From Ylistrum balloti (taxonomy: Eukaryota): a stretch of DNA of 64,000 nt. The stretch spans positions 372,001 through 436,000 of the forward strand of contig NW_026782023.1 in assembly GCF_031769215.1 (NCBI RefSeq), given 5' to 3'. Shown piece by piece: positions 31,956-44,200 of this stretch. The translations under genes were made by a program, and so were the position numbers. Position 1 is the stretch's first letter. The number at the start of each line of letters is the position of its first letter. Under the pieces are notes generated by a model. That model did no database searches. It saw only the letters and a list, made by a program, of their open reading frames with translations, and was not told the DNA's origin.

Positions 31956-34900
31956 TTATTCTATCTCTCCTAGGTATATCTTCTTATCACTTGAACAGGA
32001 TGCAACTGAAATTGAACAAAAGAATTGTGACAATTATTGTCAGGAAATCAAATATATCGTAGACATCATTCAACTATCATATGACCATAGATATCATAGG
32101 ACCATTGATGTCATGTGATGAAGGGTGATGTACATGATCAGCTGCACCTAAATGATATTATTTTCCAATCTTAGTTCAGTTTACTTCATTGAGAAGTTTC
32201 AATAATGTATAGAATTCAGATAAATGTGAACTGTAGTTCCTCAAATGAACTAAATCGATTTGACCCTTAGAGGTTGAGATACTGGTTACTTAAACAAGTG
32301 CTGAAATGTGATATCTTTACTAGGAGCTTAATTTGTTACAGAAATAAGATCCCTTGAAATATTTCTTTAAATAAATGTATATAGGAAATATCTCTGAAGA
32401 TTGCAATTAAACCACCAAAAACATGTACATTGAAAACAAGTCAATATGATAAATTTTAATAAGATATTCTTGGTGCTCTGTTTTTTTATAAACCCACAAA
32501 AATGTAAACCATCAAAGAATGCAACCTTTACAGTAGTACTACATGATCAAATTTATACTGGTCAATACAAACGTTAAAAAAACTCAAAAGTTTGCTGAGC
32601 AGAGGATACAAGCCTACTTACTGACTGGTTCTGTTGGATGGAAGTCCACCTCATTCACTGACCCAGCATGGCCAGGAAGCTTATAGAGAATACGACGTGA
32701 CGTTGTGTCCCAAACATATACGTAGCGATCACCTGACCCCGCGGAGACCTTACTTCCATCAGGTGACCATGCACACCTCAAGAGATTCTGAAACATGTAT
32801 GTTTTTGCTTATTAAGCTCCATTTCATTTTAAGAATCTGTAATGAAACTTAAAAACAAGAGCCCCAATTGACCTCCACAGTTCATCAGGTATTCAATGTT
32901 TTTTTGAATTACTGTGGTTATAACCAATTAATAAAAACCCACTACAATAACTAATAAGCTTATAAAAATCAGCCCTAGATAGTGTTTGTCTACAAATGTG
33001 GGAATGCTTTCAGTTTCAGTTTTTTATTACCTGCAAACTTTGTCAGATCATTGGTTTAACAAATTTGATATGATACATTATATTAATCACTATTGTAAAA
33101 GTACAGTGCAGACATCTGACATTATACAGTGACCAACTATCTTTCGTAATTTGCCTTTGTACCCCTTAAAGAGGAAGTGAAGGAGGTGTTGCTGGATATC
33201 GCTCTCTCTGTTGGTTAATATCTTACATTAAATATATCAGTAAATCATGACTGAATACTTTTACACAACTCTGGAAGTAAAACCGTTGGATTTATATCAG
33301 ATCTTAGACAAGTTTCCAGTTTATGTGAGATTTTATGACACATGTCTTTGAAGTCATTATTTTTGGCATGCCTTGGACTTCACAAATTAACATTTTAAAA
33401 CAAGTTTTATGAAATCTTGTATGGAATGAAAACAAACTTTTTATCACATATTAACTGAGAAAAGTTCTATTTTGGTGTACAGAAAGAATGGGGAGGAAAA
33501 TATCAAACAGAGGCACTGATCTGTGGTATACAGAAGGAAATACAGAGGTGAAGTCACTGGATAACAGGCACATTATGAGAAAAACAGTGTTAACACTATC
33601 AAACCTCATTATCTTTTTCATGAAATATAGTTTGGTCCCTTAATTCTTGACCATTTCATAGAAGTAACAAATACATTCAATATGATTGGCTGTTTGCTGA
33701 ATTGGCGGCTAATAAACAGCCAATCATTTAGTCATTTTCATATTTAACAAGCATTGACAGATTCAGCTGACCTACCTTTTCAAATGTATGTTGATGTCCC
33801 TGTAATATTTTCACACATCGTTCTTGTGGTGCAAAAGGCCTGATATCCCAAACCCTCACTGAAATTTTGTAGAAAACATGACCAGGTTATCATACATTTA
33901 GTATAAGCTCATTATTTTTCATCATCCAAATCATTTTCATGATAAGACATAATACCAAGTTACACATTCATCTATGATCACTCGATGAACATGTTCAGGT
34001 CTGTACAAGCAGAAGATTTTAACCTTTAACCCTAAGTGTCACCATGACCTTTACCGCTTAGTGTTTCTTTGACCTTGACAGCCCTTAAATCAGTACGAAA
34101 ATGAATGCCAGCATACAAATAGTATTATAAATCAAGTATGTTCCCCACATCACTTGTGATACAATAATGGGTTACAGAGCGACAGAAACAGGGTAACAGT
34201 TTTGAACTGGACTAGCATTTAGAGGAACTTTCTTAGTATCCTTCACCTTGGTTCAAAGTAATGGATATGAAAGTAACATGCAACACACTTTCATGATACG
34301 TAACTTTAGAGAAATGGACGAACATAATCTTCTTTTAGAGCCACAGGTGGGAAATCATTAATAACACAGAAGTCAGTAGATTTCAGCTACACTTTCTTCT
34401 GTGACAATTCAAATCTTGAGACATGAGAAATCCTTGAATGATCTTGACATCCAAAATTGTTTGATCTGTATTTGTTCCTTAAAATTTTGATATTTGCATT
34501 TCTTTTCTCTTCTTTCCTATTTTTGCTCTCAATTATTGATGCATAAGATTTGAAATTTCATCTCCAGAAACAGCAATAATAATATTAAACTATGAAATCC
34601 AAGATGGTTGCCTGTCTCACATTTCTTTTCCAGAACAGTCCCAAAATAAAAAGGGGCAAAACTAGCGACCATGAGGGACCTACACATCAAGTTTCAGAAA
34701 TATCCTCAGATGATGGGCTAAAGATTCAACAGGCCAAAGCATTTTTATAATCAGAGATCAGTTTCAGTGACTATGGAAAAATCAGTTAAAAAACAATAAC
34801 AATAATATTGTTCAAATTGATGATACCTCTTTAAAGTTTGATTAAGTCTAATATTGCCTCCTGGGTGAGATGAACACCTCAATGGCATTGTCTACTGAGG

Positions 34901-37900
34901 TGTTCATCTCACCTCAGTAAACACTGCCAGTTTCACTGAAATAAATCTAACAGTACAGGAGGATATTTCCAGAGAAAGATTTATTCTATTTTTTATCTAT
35001 TTTAGTGGTGAATCAATCTGTAAGAACTGATTAAAAGTTTAAAAGTTTAACATGAGATTTCAGGGGGTAATTATGATATGATTAATTTCATTAAAATTGT
35101 CTTGAGGGTCGAAGAGGAGTAGTTTAGACAAGTTACAGCAAAGGGAAGGAAAGAAAAATATTCTGTTGCAGAAATGATGGCGACAATGTTTTACCCCACC
35201 AGACAGAAATATCCACACTTCTCGTGTAGAGAAGATATCTCTATTGTGCCCAGGCAAGACATCCTTCACGCAAAGCCTCGGGTAAAACAATCAATAATCT
35301 CCTCCTTGAGGTGGAGATTTCTCTGTCCTACCACCTGCTAGTGAAAGATCTCTTTCATGTGTGTAATACATTGATGGAGTTGGTAATTTCACACAATACC
35401 TGTGTTGTCCATAGAGTTAGAGAGGAGGTAAGAACCATCAGGGCTAAGTTCCATCCCTGTCACAGTGTCAGCGTGTCCTCGCAATCTATAAAGCATGTCA
35501 TTTTTCCTAAGGTCCCACACCTGTAAATATCAAATCACATGTTAACATCCATTCTAAACACCTGTAAGCATCCTATATCAACACAAGTAGTCCTCCAATC
35601 TCAACACCTGTAAACACCCAGTTTCAATATCTGACACAACCTCAACATCTGATGCACAACACCAAATGATTCACATAAAAACAAACACCATCATGTTTGC
35701 AACGTTACAGCAGGGCTCCCACACCCCATTTTGGGACTAGGGCCCAGGCCCTTAGAATTGGGGAAAATAGCGGCGTTTCCCTGAGAAATGGGAAAACTTG
35801 GGGTCTAAATTGGGAAAAAAAGATACTATTTTGCATTGGGAATATTTGGCCCCAAATCTGGTAGAACGAGAGCCCTGTACAGGCTTCATGTATAGCCTTA
35901 TATATTACATTGTTAGTGGTCCCTTGTGGTTGTTCATGGTTTTATTGTACAGAGAGAATGGAAAGGTAAGAAAACCCAAAACACATGTTTTAATTAAACC
36001 TTGTCATATTAACCTAGAGAAAACAAATTGTAACCCCTTGGTCGAAGTCAGGGAATCAGAGAGAGAGTCAGGGAGTCAGGAAGTCAAGGAGAGTCAGGGA
36101 GTCAGAGAGAGTCAGGGAGTCAAGGAGAGTCAGGGAGTCAGAGAGAGTCAAGAAGTCTGGGAGAGTAAGAGAGTCTAGGAGAGTAAGGGAATCAGAGAGA
36201 GTCAGGAAGTCGAGGAGAGTCAAGGAGTCAAGGAGAGTCAGGAAGTCAAGGAGAGTCAGGGAGTCAGAGAGAGTCAGGGAGTCAGGAAGTCAAGGAGAGT
36301 CATGGAGTCAGAGAGAGTCAGGAAGTCAAGGAGAGTCAGGGAGTCAGAGAGAGTCAGGGAGTCAGGAAGTCAAGGAGAGTCATGGAGTCAGAGAGAGTCA
36401 AGGAGTCTAGGAGAGTCAGGGAGTCAGAGAGAGTCAAGAAGTCTGGGAGAGTAAGAGAGTCTAGGAGAGTCTGGGAATCTAGGAGAGTAAGGGAATCAGA
36501 GAGAGTCAGGGAGTCTAGGAGAGTCAGGAAGTCAAGGAGAGTCAGGGAGTCAGAGAGAGTCAGGGAGTCAAGGAGAGTCAGGGAGTCAGAGAGAGTCAAG
36601 AAGTCTGGGAGAGTAAGAGAGTCTAGGAGAGTCTGGGAATCTAGGAGAGTCAAGGAGTCTAGGAGAGTCAGGGAGTCTAGGAGAGTCAATGAGTCTAGGA
36701 GAGTCAGGGAATCTAGGAGAGCAAGGGAGTCTAGGAGAGTCAGGGAGTCTAAGAGAGTCAGGGAGTCTAGGAGAGTCAGGGAATCAGAGAGAGTAAGGGA
36801 GTCACAGAGATTCAGTGTACTTTTAAACATTTACAGTCCTTAATCTGTTAGAATTCTTCCTTCTGCATGTCTAAAGAGTGGTATTTCATAGATGGTGTTT
36901 TAATTATCCTCTGACACACTGATGCTACTGCACATCAGTAGAGGCTGGATACAAACCTTGATGTCGTTGTCAATACCCCCAGAAATGATCTGCTCAGCCG
37001 TATCATTGAAGGTACATGCAGTAACCTGGTATACACTCTGAAAGGTCTGTAACACTCCGCGCTTTCTTGAGTCCCATAACTAAAACATTCAAGAGTTACA
37101 CTCTAATATGTCATGTGTCACGTCAATTCCACAAAGATCTTTCTTTGGACTATGACCTGCATATCAGTGCTGCCAGTATCCTAGTATTTTGCCGATCAAT
37201 GACAAAAACGCTGACAGCATTCTGCAGTTTTTAACTTTACATCATAACTAGAAAATTTCTAAATCAATTTCTCAACTGACCCATCTCACCTAGGTGGCAA
37301 CATCAAATACCACTAGGCTGTTCTCAACATACTGGCTTTAGTAGTAAATACTTCATGAGATACTATAAATATATATACTCAGTGTCCACAGCGCAAAACA
37401 TACCTAAATCGATATAAAACATTTTTGATATTCTAATCACCATCTTCCATACAACAACTTCGGATGGTTTATTTGTCTCTTACAAAGGACCTTTGGCATC
37501 CATTGGCTGAAGGGATTATCGAGATACCTAAATTTACACCACAGCTCTTGATTTAACTTTATACCTTGGTAATTGTTTTATATTCTAGGTATGTAATTTA
37601 AATTATGTAATATCTGTGTCTTGATAAAGGGGCAAATTGCCTTGAAAATTTGACAATTCACTTGTCCATACTGTTTATTTTTTAATTGATCATATCTATG
37701 TTAATATTAGCTAGATCACTTTGGGTGTACTTGATTCTTACAGTGCAGAGAATGTAAAATCACTTGATACTACTTACCTTGATTGTGCCGTCATCACTGC
37801 CACTACATACTAGTTGTGGACCTCGTCTGGCAACGCTTACTGAATTTACAAATGTCTGGTGGCCTTTGAATTTTTTGATGCGTTCACCGACCTCTACATC

Positions 37901-39794
37901 CCATAATGCAACAGTCTTGTCTGTGGCTGCCGTAAATACAGTGCTGTAGTAAAAATGACTGGGTTTAGTTCTACTGTTCACTTTCACACTTACACTAATC
38001 ATGTAATGGCTGATATTTAACCTCCATCTTACCTCTTTTTTCTCTAGGATTTCATTTTTCATAAACCACCTGATCCTATTGTTGAGGTGTTAACTACTAC
38101 TAGTATTGTTTTATGCAAAATGGAAGGAAACTTTTATAGAAATGAAATCACAAGTTTTCTGAAACCAGTAAGTATACAAAATTGAACTCAGAAAATGAAA
38201 TTTAAAAAATTACAGATAAAAATTCAAGGAAACATTTTTTTCATTGATATGCAAAGTAAATTATTTTTAGAAGTTTATTCTTACCAAATGAAAGTTTACA
38301 TTACTCAATAAAATGAATAGTAAGGTACAATAAGCAGATGAATGGAAAACAATTTAACGAATAACAGTACTAGTACTAAGCTGATTACAGAAAATTTGCT
38401 ATATCTAAATTAATTTTCTTAATTTCAGGTTTCTAATACATGCACCGACATTAAATAACATTTAACCTGAACACAATAAACCCCTACAGTAATGTCTTAC
38501 TTTCCATCAGTGGAAAACTGAAGCTCCATCACTGCTCCTGTGTGCCCTTTAAGGACAGCAATGTTTTCGCATTCTCCATATACAAGCCAAAAATCTGAAA
38601 TTCACAGAAAAAAATCATCTGAATTAAAATACCTTCATTTCTGCAATGGACAAATTATTGTAAGTATTCCTTACAGTTACATATTCTTCATATGTACAGT
38701 AATATATACATATACAGCAAATCACAATTGACTCGGGTGAATGTTCGATTCTTTGCATCTTAGAATATTAATATGCGTAATTTATTTCAGTTTTAATAAA
38801 AAATTAGTTGAGTCCCCTGTACTAAAATCTGAGGCGAATTATTTTTAAAAATTATGCAAGATAGCTATACGCTAAGAGTTGACAAATATCCTAATTATTG
38901 CTGAATGCTTTATGAATATACTTACAAATTTTCATTCAAGTCATCAAATTCTATTATATCAATTTAAAATCAAATGGAAATGATATACCTGTATGTATCA
39001 GTCTGTAAAAAATAGCAACCTTAAACATGTACATACAAATCAATCTGTCAAATCCGGAGGAAGCAAGAAGTTGTCCATCTGGAGAAAACTTCGTGGTGAA
39101 TATATCGCCTTCATGACCAGTCAGTAACATGATTGGTGCCTCAAGGTTAGAAATTCTTGGTGGGCCCTTCAAATAGAAACGAATATGAAATCATTAAATA
39201 AAGCATACTAAGATATCAGTATCAGAAATTCTTGACAATAAAGCAAATATTATAAGGAATGTTAAATGATGAATATAACAAAGAATATATATATATTTAT
39301 TTAATGTATATATATAAATTTTTAAGATGAATATCAATTTAATAACATAGGTTAGAGAAATATCTCAACAGGAATCGAACCTAGTCCTCGGCGTGATAAT
39401 CAATGGTACTACCAAATACCAAAGGGCAACAATGCATGGCTAACGAGGCATGGGACTGATTGTGGTAGTGCGAACACCGTCTCTTGACAAGTATCATATC
39501 AGACATCGACCTACCCCTTCCAAATAGTGTATGCTCTTGTTTGAAAAAATAGCTGAGAGAAGTAAATATTACTCAAGTATTATCAAAACGATCATTTAAT
39601 ACATATATTATTACATTTGAGTAGCACTGTATATTATGATACTGCAAACATGTTTTATCAATGCATAACGGTTTCAGTTTTCTTACAGTTTGTAACAAGG
39701 CATTTTCTTGAGATGTTAAATCAACAATCATGTCATTTCTTGGCTTTTTGCTAGGCACCACGGCCCCTTCTGTGAGCTTTCTTTTATAATCCAT
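31956..39794 (-). CDS. SNRNP40: U5 snRNP 40-kDa WD40 protein, 346 aa, complement(join(31956..32005,32622..32787,33776..33858,35400..35520,36957..37079,37778..37943,38501..38594,39037..39166,39687..39794))
   Basis: PPRISNLEAPIMLLTGHEGDIF...RGPQLVCSGSDDGTIKLWD...FAPQERCVK...NLLRCAWSPDGSK...ILYKLPGHAGSVNEV...KKIYLGEIE. 1041 nt in frame, all GT-AG. Confidence 0.98.
34560..34760. mobile_element. Fragment of the CAAGATGG-motif interspersed repeat family
   Basis: GACCATGAGGGACCTACACATCAAGTTTCAGAAATATCC aligns with GACCAAGGGGAACCTACATATGAAATTTGAGAGAGATCC at ~53270. Confidence 0.5.
35711..35877. mobile_element. 167-bp MITE (CAGGGCTC...GAGCCCTG) with a 5-bp flanking direct repeat (TACAG), SNRNP40 intron 5
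   Basis: Perfect 8-bp terminal inverted repeats; TACAG at 35706-35710 and 35878-35882. Confidence 0.7.
36048..36810. repeat. Purine-rich minisatellite of 9/18-bp GAGAGTCAG/GGAGTCTAG subunits, SNRNP40 intron 5
   Basis: Read directly. The TLLDSL and RVRESR ORFs are artefacts; the array lies between two confirmed exons. Confidence 0.95.
39350..39430 (-). mobile_element. tRNA-like SINE head remnant in SNRNP40 intron 1
   Basis: The minus strand contains the B-box GGTTCGATTCC (plus-strand 39371-39381). No intact cloverleaf. Confidence 0.4.
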
Positions 39795-40250
39795 TGCGAT
39801 GTCAATAAAAACAACACATTTACACTCGAAAGCGTGTCGGCACCGGAAGCAGAATTGATCAGGCTCTGGGTGTACCCGACGCTTTGAAAATCTCATTGAC
39901 ATTTGACGATCTATAAACGCACTGATGACTTTGCACAACAATAATTTCCATGCAGCAGACCTCGTTTATCCAGCTGTTAATGAAATAAATGAATCGAAGA
40001 AGACCTGGCGTGGTAAGTTCAACCGACATTGATATTTTTTTGTCCCGTGCCACCTCTCCAACGTGCATTAGGAAAAGGACATGCTTATGGGGACAAGAAA
40101 CATCAGATTACAGAGGCACGAATGTATCTAGACTGAAACGTAAACAAAACAAGTATTAACATTTACTTATGGCAATTGCTATCATACTAAATGGAAAATT
40201 AAACTTATCGCAGGGAAATATAATACAGAGGGATAAGTAATTAGGCCAAG
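39795..40250. promoter_or_regulatory. Probable bidirectional promoter shared by SNRNP40 (-) and TMEM241 (+)
   Basis: Head-to-head genes with ATGs 1467 nt apart. CpG-containing patch, ETS CCGGAAG at 39843, ACGTAAACAAA near 40138. The TMEM241 ATG exon starts at an acceptor (~41200), implying a non-coding first exon here. Confidence 0.5.
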
Positions 40251-40688
40251 TGGTTATTTCTCTGGCATTAGCTTTTGTGTTTTTGCTTTAAGTCATGAGG
40301 TCACTGCAGTCCCTTTTCCATCACAGTTCTTGTCATGCCCCATACTGTAGCTAGTGTGAACTTTGCACTGACCTGACCAGAGTCATTTTGTTGACAAGTG
40401 AGAAGTGAATCACATTAAAAATTGATACTTTTGGATTAAATTAATGTGTCACAAAACCAATGTAAGTAAATAAGAAAATTAATCAGCTTTTTAATGCCAT
40501 TTATTTATTTTCTTCATATTTCTGACTGAAACTTGCATACAATACAATAAAGGATGGTATTTCAGTTGTAATTAGCTTAAAATTGCATTTTGTTTTTGTT
40601 TCAAAAGTTAGTGCAGTCATTAGTAGTGTATATTTTTTTAAGAAGACGTCTTTGCTAGTGTGTTACAAAGAGAATTACTCATTTTTGA

Positions 40689-40726
40689 CCCCTCCCTCCC
40701 CTTCCCTTTCCCCCTCCCCCTCCCCC
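40689..40726 (-). other. C-run tract (G-quadruplex-capable on the minus strand)
   Basis: At least six runs of three or more C's separated by 1-3 T's. Confidence 0.55.
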
Positions 40727-41260
40727 ATATCATATCTCCTTGCTTAAAGGCACATTTCGTATAATTCATAGAAGTACAAGAACTTTGATCATAGTTAAAG
40801 TTCCCGTTATATTTTTAGAACAGAGGCATTTCCATAGCAAAATAATAAAGGTTGTTCGTTTACAGATAAGACTACTTGGTGTCCTTTTAACTTAGGTACT
40901 TTTTTGTAAGTTAATCAGTGAAATGAAAATATCACAAGGTTGACTTTTATTGAACAATAATTTAAGGGAGATAAATTGATACCACTCTAACAGAATCCAT
41001 CATGCATTATCACAAACGATCCTGTATTGGATAAAGAGCTTCTCACTAGAATGAATAAATCATTTAAATGTTAATTTTTGAGGAAACAAAATTTAGACGT
41101 AAGATGATAATTGAAACATTGACATTTATACAAATTGATGAATTAAAAATCAAATATCAATTTGAATATAAAACCTTATCTAACTCTGATGTGCTATAGG
41201 GTGTATCAACGATGGATAGAGCTCATCTGACGTTATAGTGAAAAGTCTCTAAGGGATATC

Positions 41261-44200
41261 ATGGACTTTTTGAAGAATACAGTGACAAGATGCTTCATCT
41301 TTTGTGTGTTGTTCTTGGTGACAAACTTTGTCAATAAGGTAAGTAATGAGGGAGATAACATTTAAGGTAATTATATCAGAGTAGACAATGTATTATTAAT
41401 AGCAAAAATGAAATACAAAGAACAGGAGATATAGTTTAAGAATAGGTATTGATTTAAAGTGAAGTGAGAGGAGATGAGAAAATGTAAAAAGGCATTTTAT
41501 TTAAAAACAGGGGAGACAATTCATTTATTCATTCCAAGGAAAATGACATAATAAGAAAGAAAATAATGTAAAAACATGGAAAATAATATGAAGTAATGTG
41601 AGCATATTACAAGTAATTACAAGGTTAATGATAAGATAAAGAAAGATAATGTAAGTAAGAAGGGGAGGTAATATAAAAATAGGTGAGACAATTTATAATG
41701 AAATGTGATGTAAAATAATTTGAGAGATAATCTAAGAATGTAAATATTAGAAAGTGCAAAGTTGAGTTATAAGCATTTTACAATTTATAAATATGGAAAA
41801 TACTGTAAAATGGTAAAAAAAATATGGGAGGTTCTGTGAGTAGTAATGGTTTACTAGATAGTGTGAAAACAGGATGCTAAAATGTTAAACACAGAAGAAA
41901 AGAAGTTCATTCAATAACTGAGATATCATGTGAAAATAAAGTAAAATTTTTTAACATAAGAAAATAGTAATACATGTAACATTTAATGGAACAACAGAGC
42001 AATGGATGTATAGGAAAGGGTTAAAATTTAAGGTGAAAATATGAACTTTTATTCATTTTACAATAATTGCGAAACAAGCTATCAGATTATATCAATCATT
42101 GCTGTTGGCTCGAATGGAAGGGCATGAAGGTCTTACTATGTGAGGAAACCAAAGTACCCAAGGAAAACCCACATGATCAGACAGGTGACCACATACCTTT
42201 TCACATCCATTACTTGGAATTGAACCCTGGATGACTTGGTTTGCACCTGACCACCCTAAGATATAAAGTACTGTAATAGTTAGAGATATTGTCTCTAAAG
42301 TGATCAGACTTGGTATAAATCAATACATTTTACTAAAGGATTGGCACAATTTTACAGTGTTTGTGTTATTCTGTTTCAGTATGTCTTGTCAGTTCTTGAG
42401 TTCAAGTATCCTACTATATTCCAAGGGTAAGTGTTTTAAATGTTGTATTAAATGAGCTAATTAATTAGTTGTTTAATGTATAAAGACAATTTTCCTTTTT
42501 TGGAAGACCATTGCCTCTTTAAGAAAAAAATGTCTCACCTTCTTCTAGAAGGTGATTGTCTCCCTTGGAATGCAAATTCTCAGGAGCCAGTTTATCACAC
42601 GTTGAAAGTAACAGTCTCTCCCAGAAGTCATTTTTCACCCTCAGAATGGAATGATCTCCCTCAAAACGGGACTGTATGGCATTTAAGACATTTTTGTGTC
42701 TCAGAAGTTTGTCTTTCTTGGACAGCAATGATGTCCCTATGAATGCATATTTTTATAATTATAAGGTCATTATCTCACTAGAAATGCCATTGACTGACTA
42801 TGGAGGCAATTAATTCTCAGTTTTCTCCCTTGGAAAGCACTTGCCTCAAATGAATGCACTTGCCTCCTTCAGAAGATGATTATCCGTGCCATATTATGAT
42901 TGTCACACTCAGGAAGTGATAATCCTACATTGGAAATAGTTGTCTCCCTTGGAGTACAGGGATCTAGTATCTCACTGAAGACAGCAATTATTCTTTATTG
43001 GCATTACCTGTGTGTAGCATGTAATATGAATAATCAAGTCCTCATGAGTGGGTTGCTCAAATTCAAATTTCAATTTGCAACATTTCAGACATTTTTATCA
43101 CAAGTTACACTTACAATATTTACCTCATCTCTCTGGTAGAATGATTATGATTTTGAATATCCACTGGAACTGATCTGTGTATTCAGTGGATGTACAGTTT
43201 TGGATACTTAATTGGTGAAATGTGTATTAACATAAGGGAATTAAGAAATGCAACAGAGAGTTTACCTAACTTCATTTGCCATTATGTTTCTTTCCCTATA
43301 AGTTGTGTTACTAAAAATGAGTCAGGGATTAGTAAGCAGTTTTGTTTTGTAGATGGCAGACAGGTAATGTATTGTAAATAGGCTGTATTTGCACATGTAA
43401 ATGTTTTTATTATGTAGATGGCAGACATTTGTTGGTTTCCTGGTTATCAGGATGGGTGTGGTCACCAAACACTTGCCCTCCATGCTGACAGACAAGGAAA
43501 CTATCAGGTTTGTAAGCAGTTACGAGATAAATGTCATAAAGTAAACATGAAATCGTGACACAACACGATACTGTTTATGTTTTATCTGTTAATGATATTG
43601 GTGGTATAAGTAGCTTTGTATATGATTACAATATTTTAGACTGCCAAATTTCCAGATTTTGAAGAAGTAAAATTCATTTTTTTTTCAAAACCGAAAAAAA
43701 GTGTTATGAATTGTTGTTTGGAGCTCTGAAGTATCCTATATACATTTTTTGTTTCACTTGTGATGAAAAGTCATGGAAGCAATTAAATGTATTTACATCT
43801 GTAACTCATATCTTATTAGTGAACATTGACCAAATTCAGTAATACAGCTAGATCATGTTGTAGACACCTAAACACTTCTATTTTTACACAGTATCTAACA
43901 GATTATACATTCCAGCAGCTCTGAACATTAGAAATGCTGAGAAACTAAATTTTAAAGTTTAGCTCAGTTATTTGTAATCCAATCAAATCTGGAATATGGT
44001 TATGTTGTAGTATTGACATCTGAACCCAATAAATAGATAATTTTGTGTGTATATTTTGGACAAAAATGTCAGATTTTGAGAAATGATTACAGAATCTTTA
44101 TAGCTTGTTCTATTCATCTCAGATTTACATGTTGTTTTATGGTATTAGAGGAGTTTTGTTCTTCCTCCTCAAGAATGGTGATATTTTGGGGGTGAAAATG

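Noticed and set aside
36354-36843. Leucine-repeat (TLLDSL) and RS-like (RVRESR) ORFs
   Set aside because: They lie wholly inside SNRNP40 intron 5, whose flanking exons join in frame without them.
39371-39381. B-box hits (also ~30770 and ~42220) as tRNA genes
   Set aside because: No intact acceptor stem or cloverleaf; better explained as SINE heads.
39795-39941. 49-aa N-terminal extension of SNRNP40 suggested by the ORF track
   Set aside because: It falls in the probable promoter region and is unlike known orthologues; the ATG at 39794 gives the expected length.
40744-40890. Possible Kolobok-type MITE (TTAA|AGGCAC...GTCCTT|TTAA)
   Set aside because: The inverted repeat is too short and imperfect to separate from chance in AT-rich DNA.
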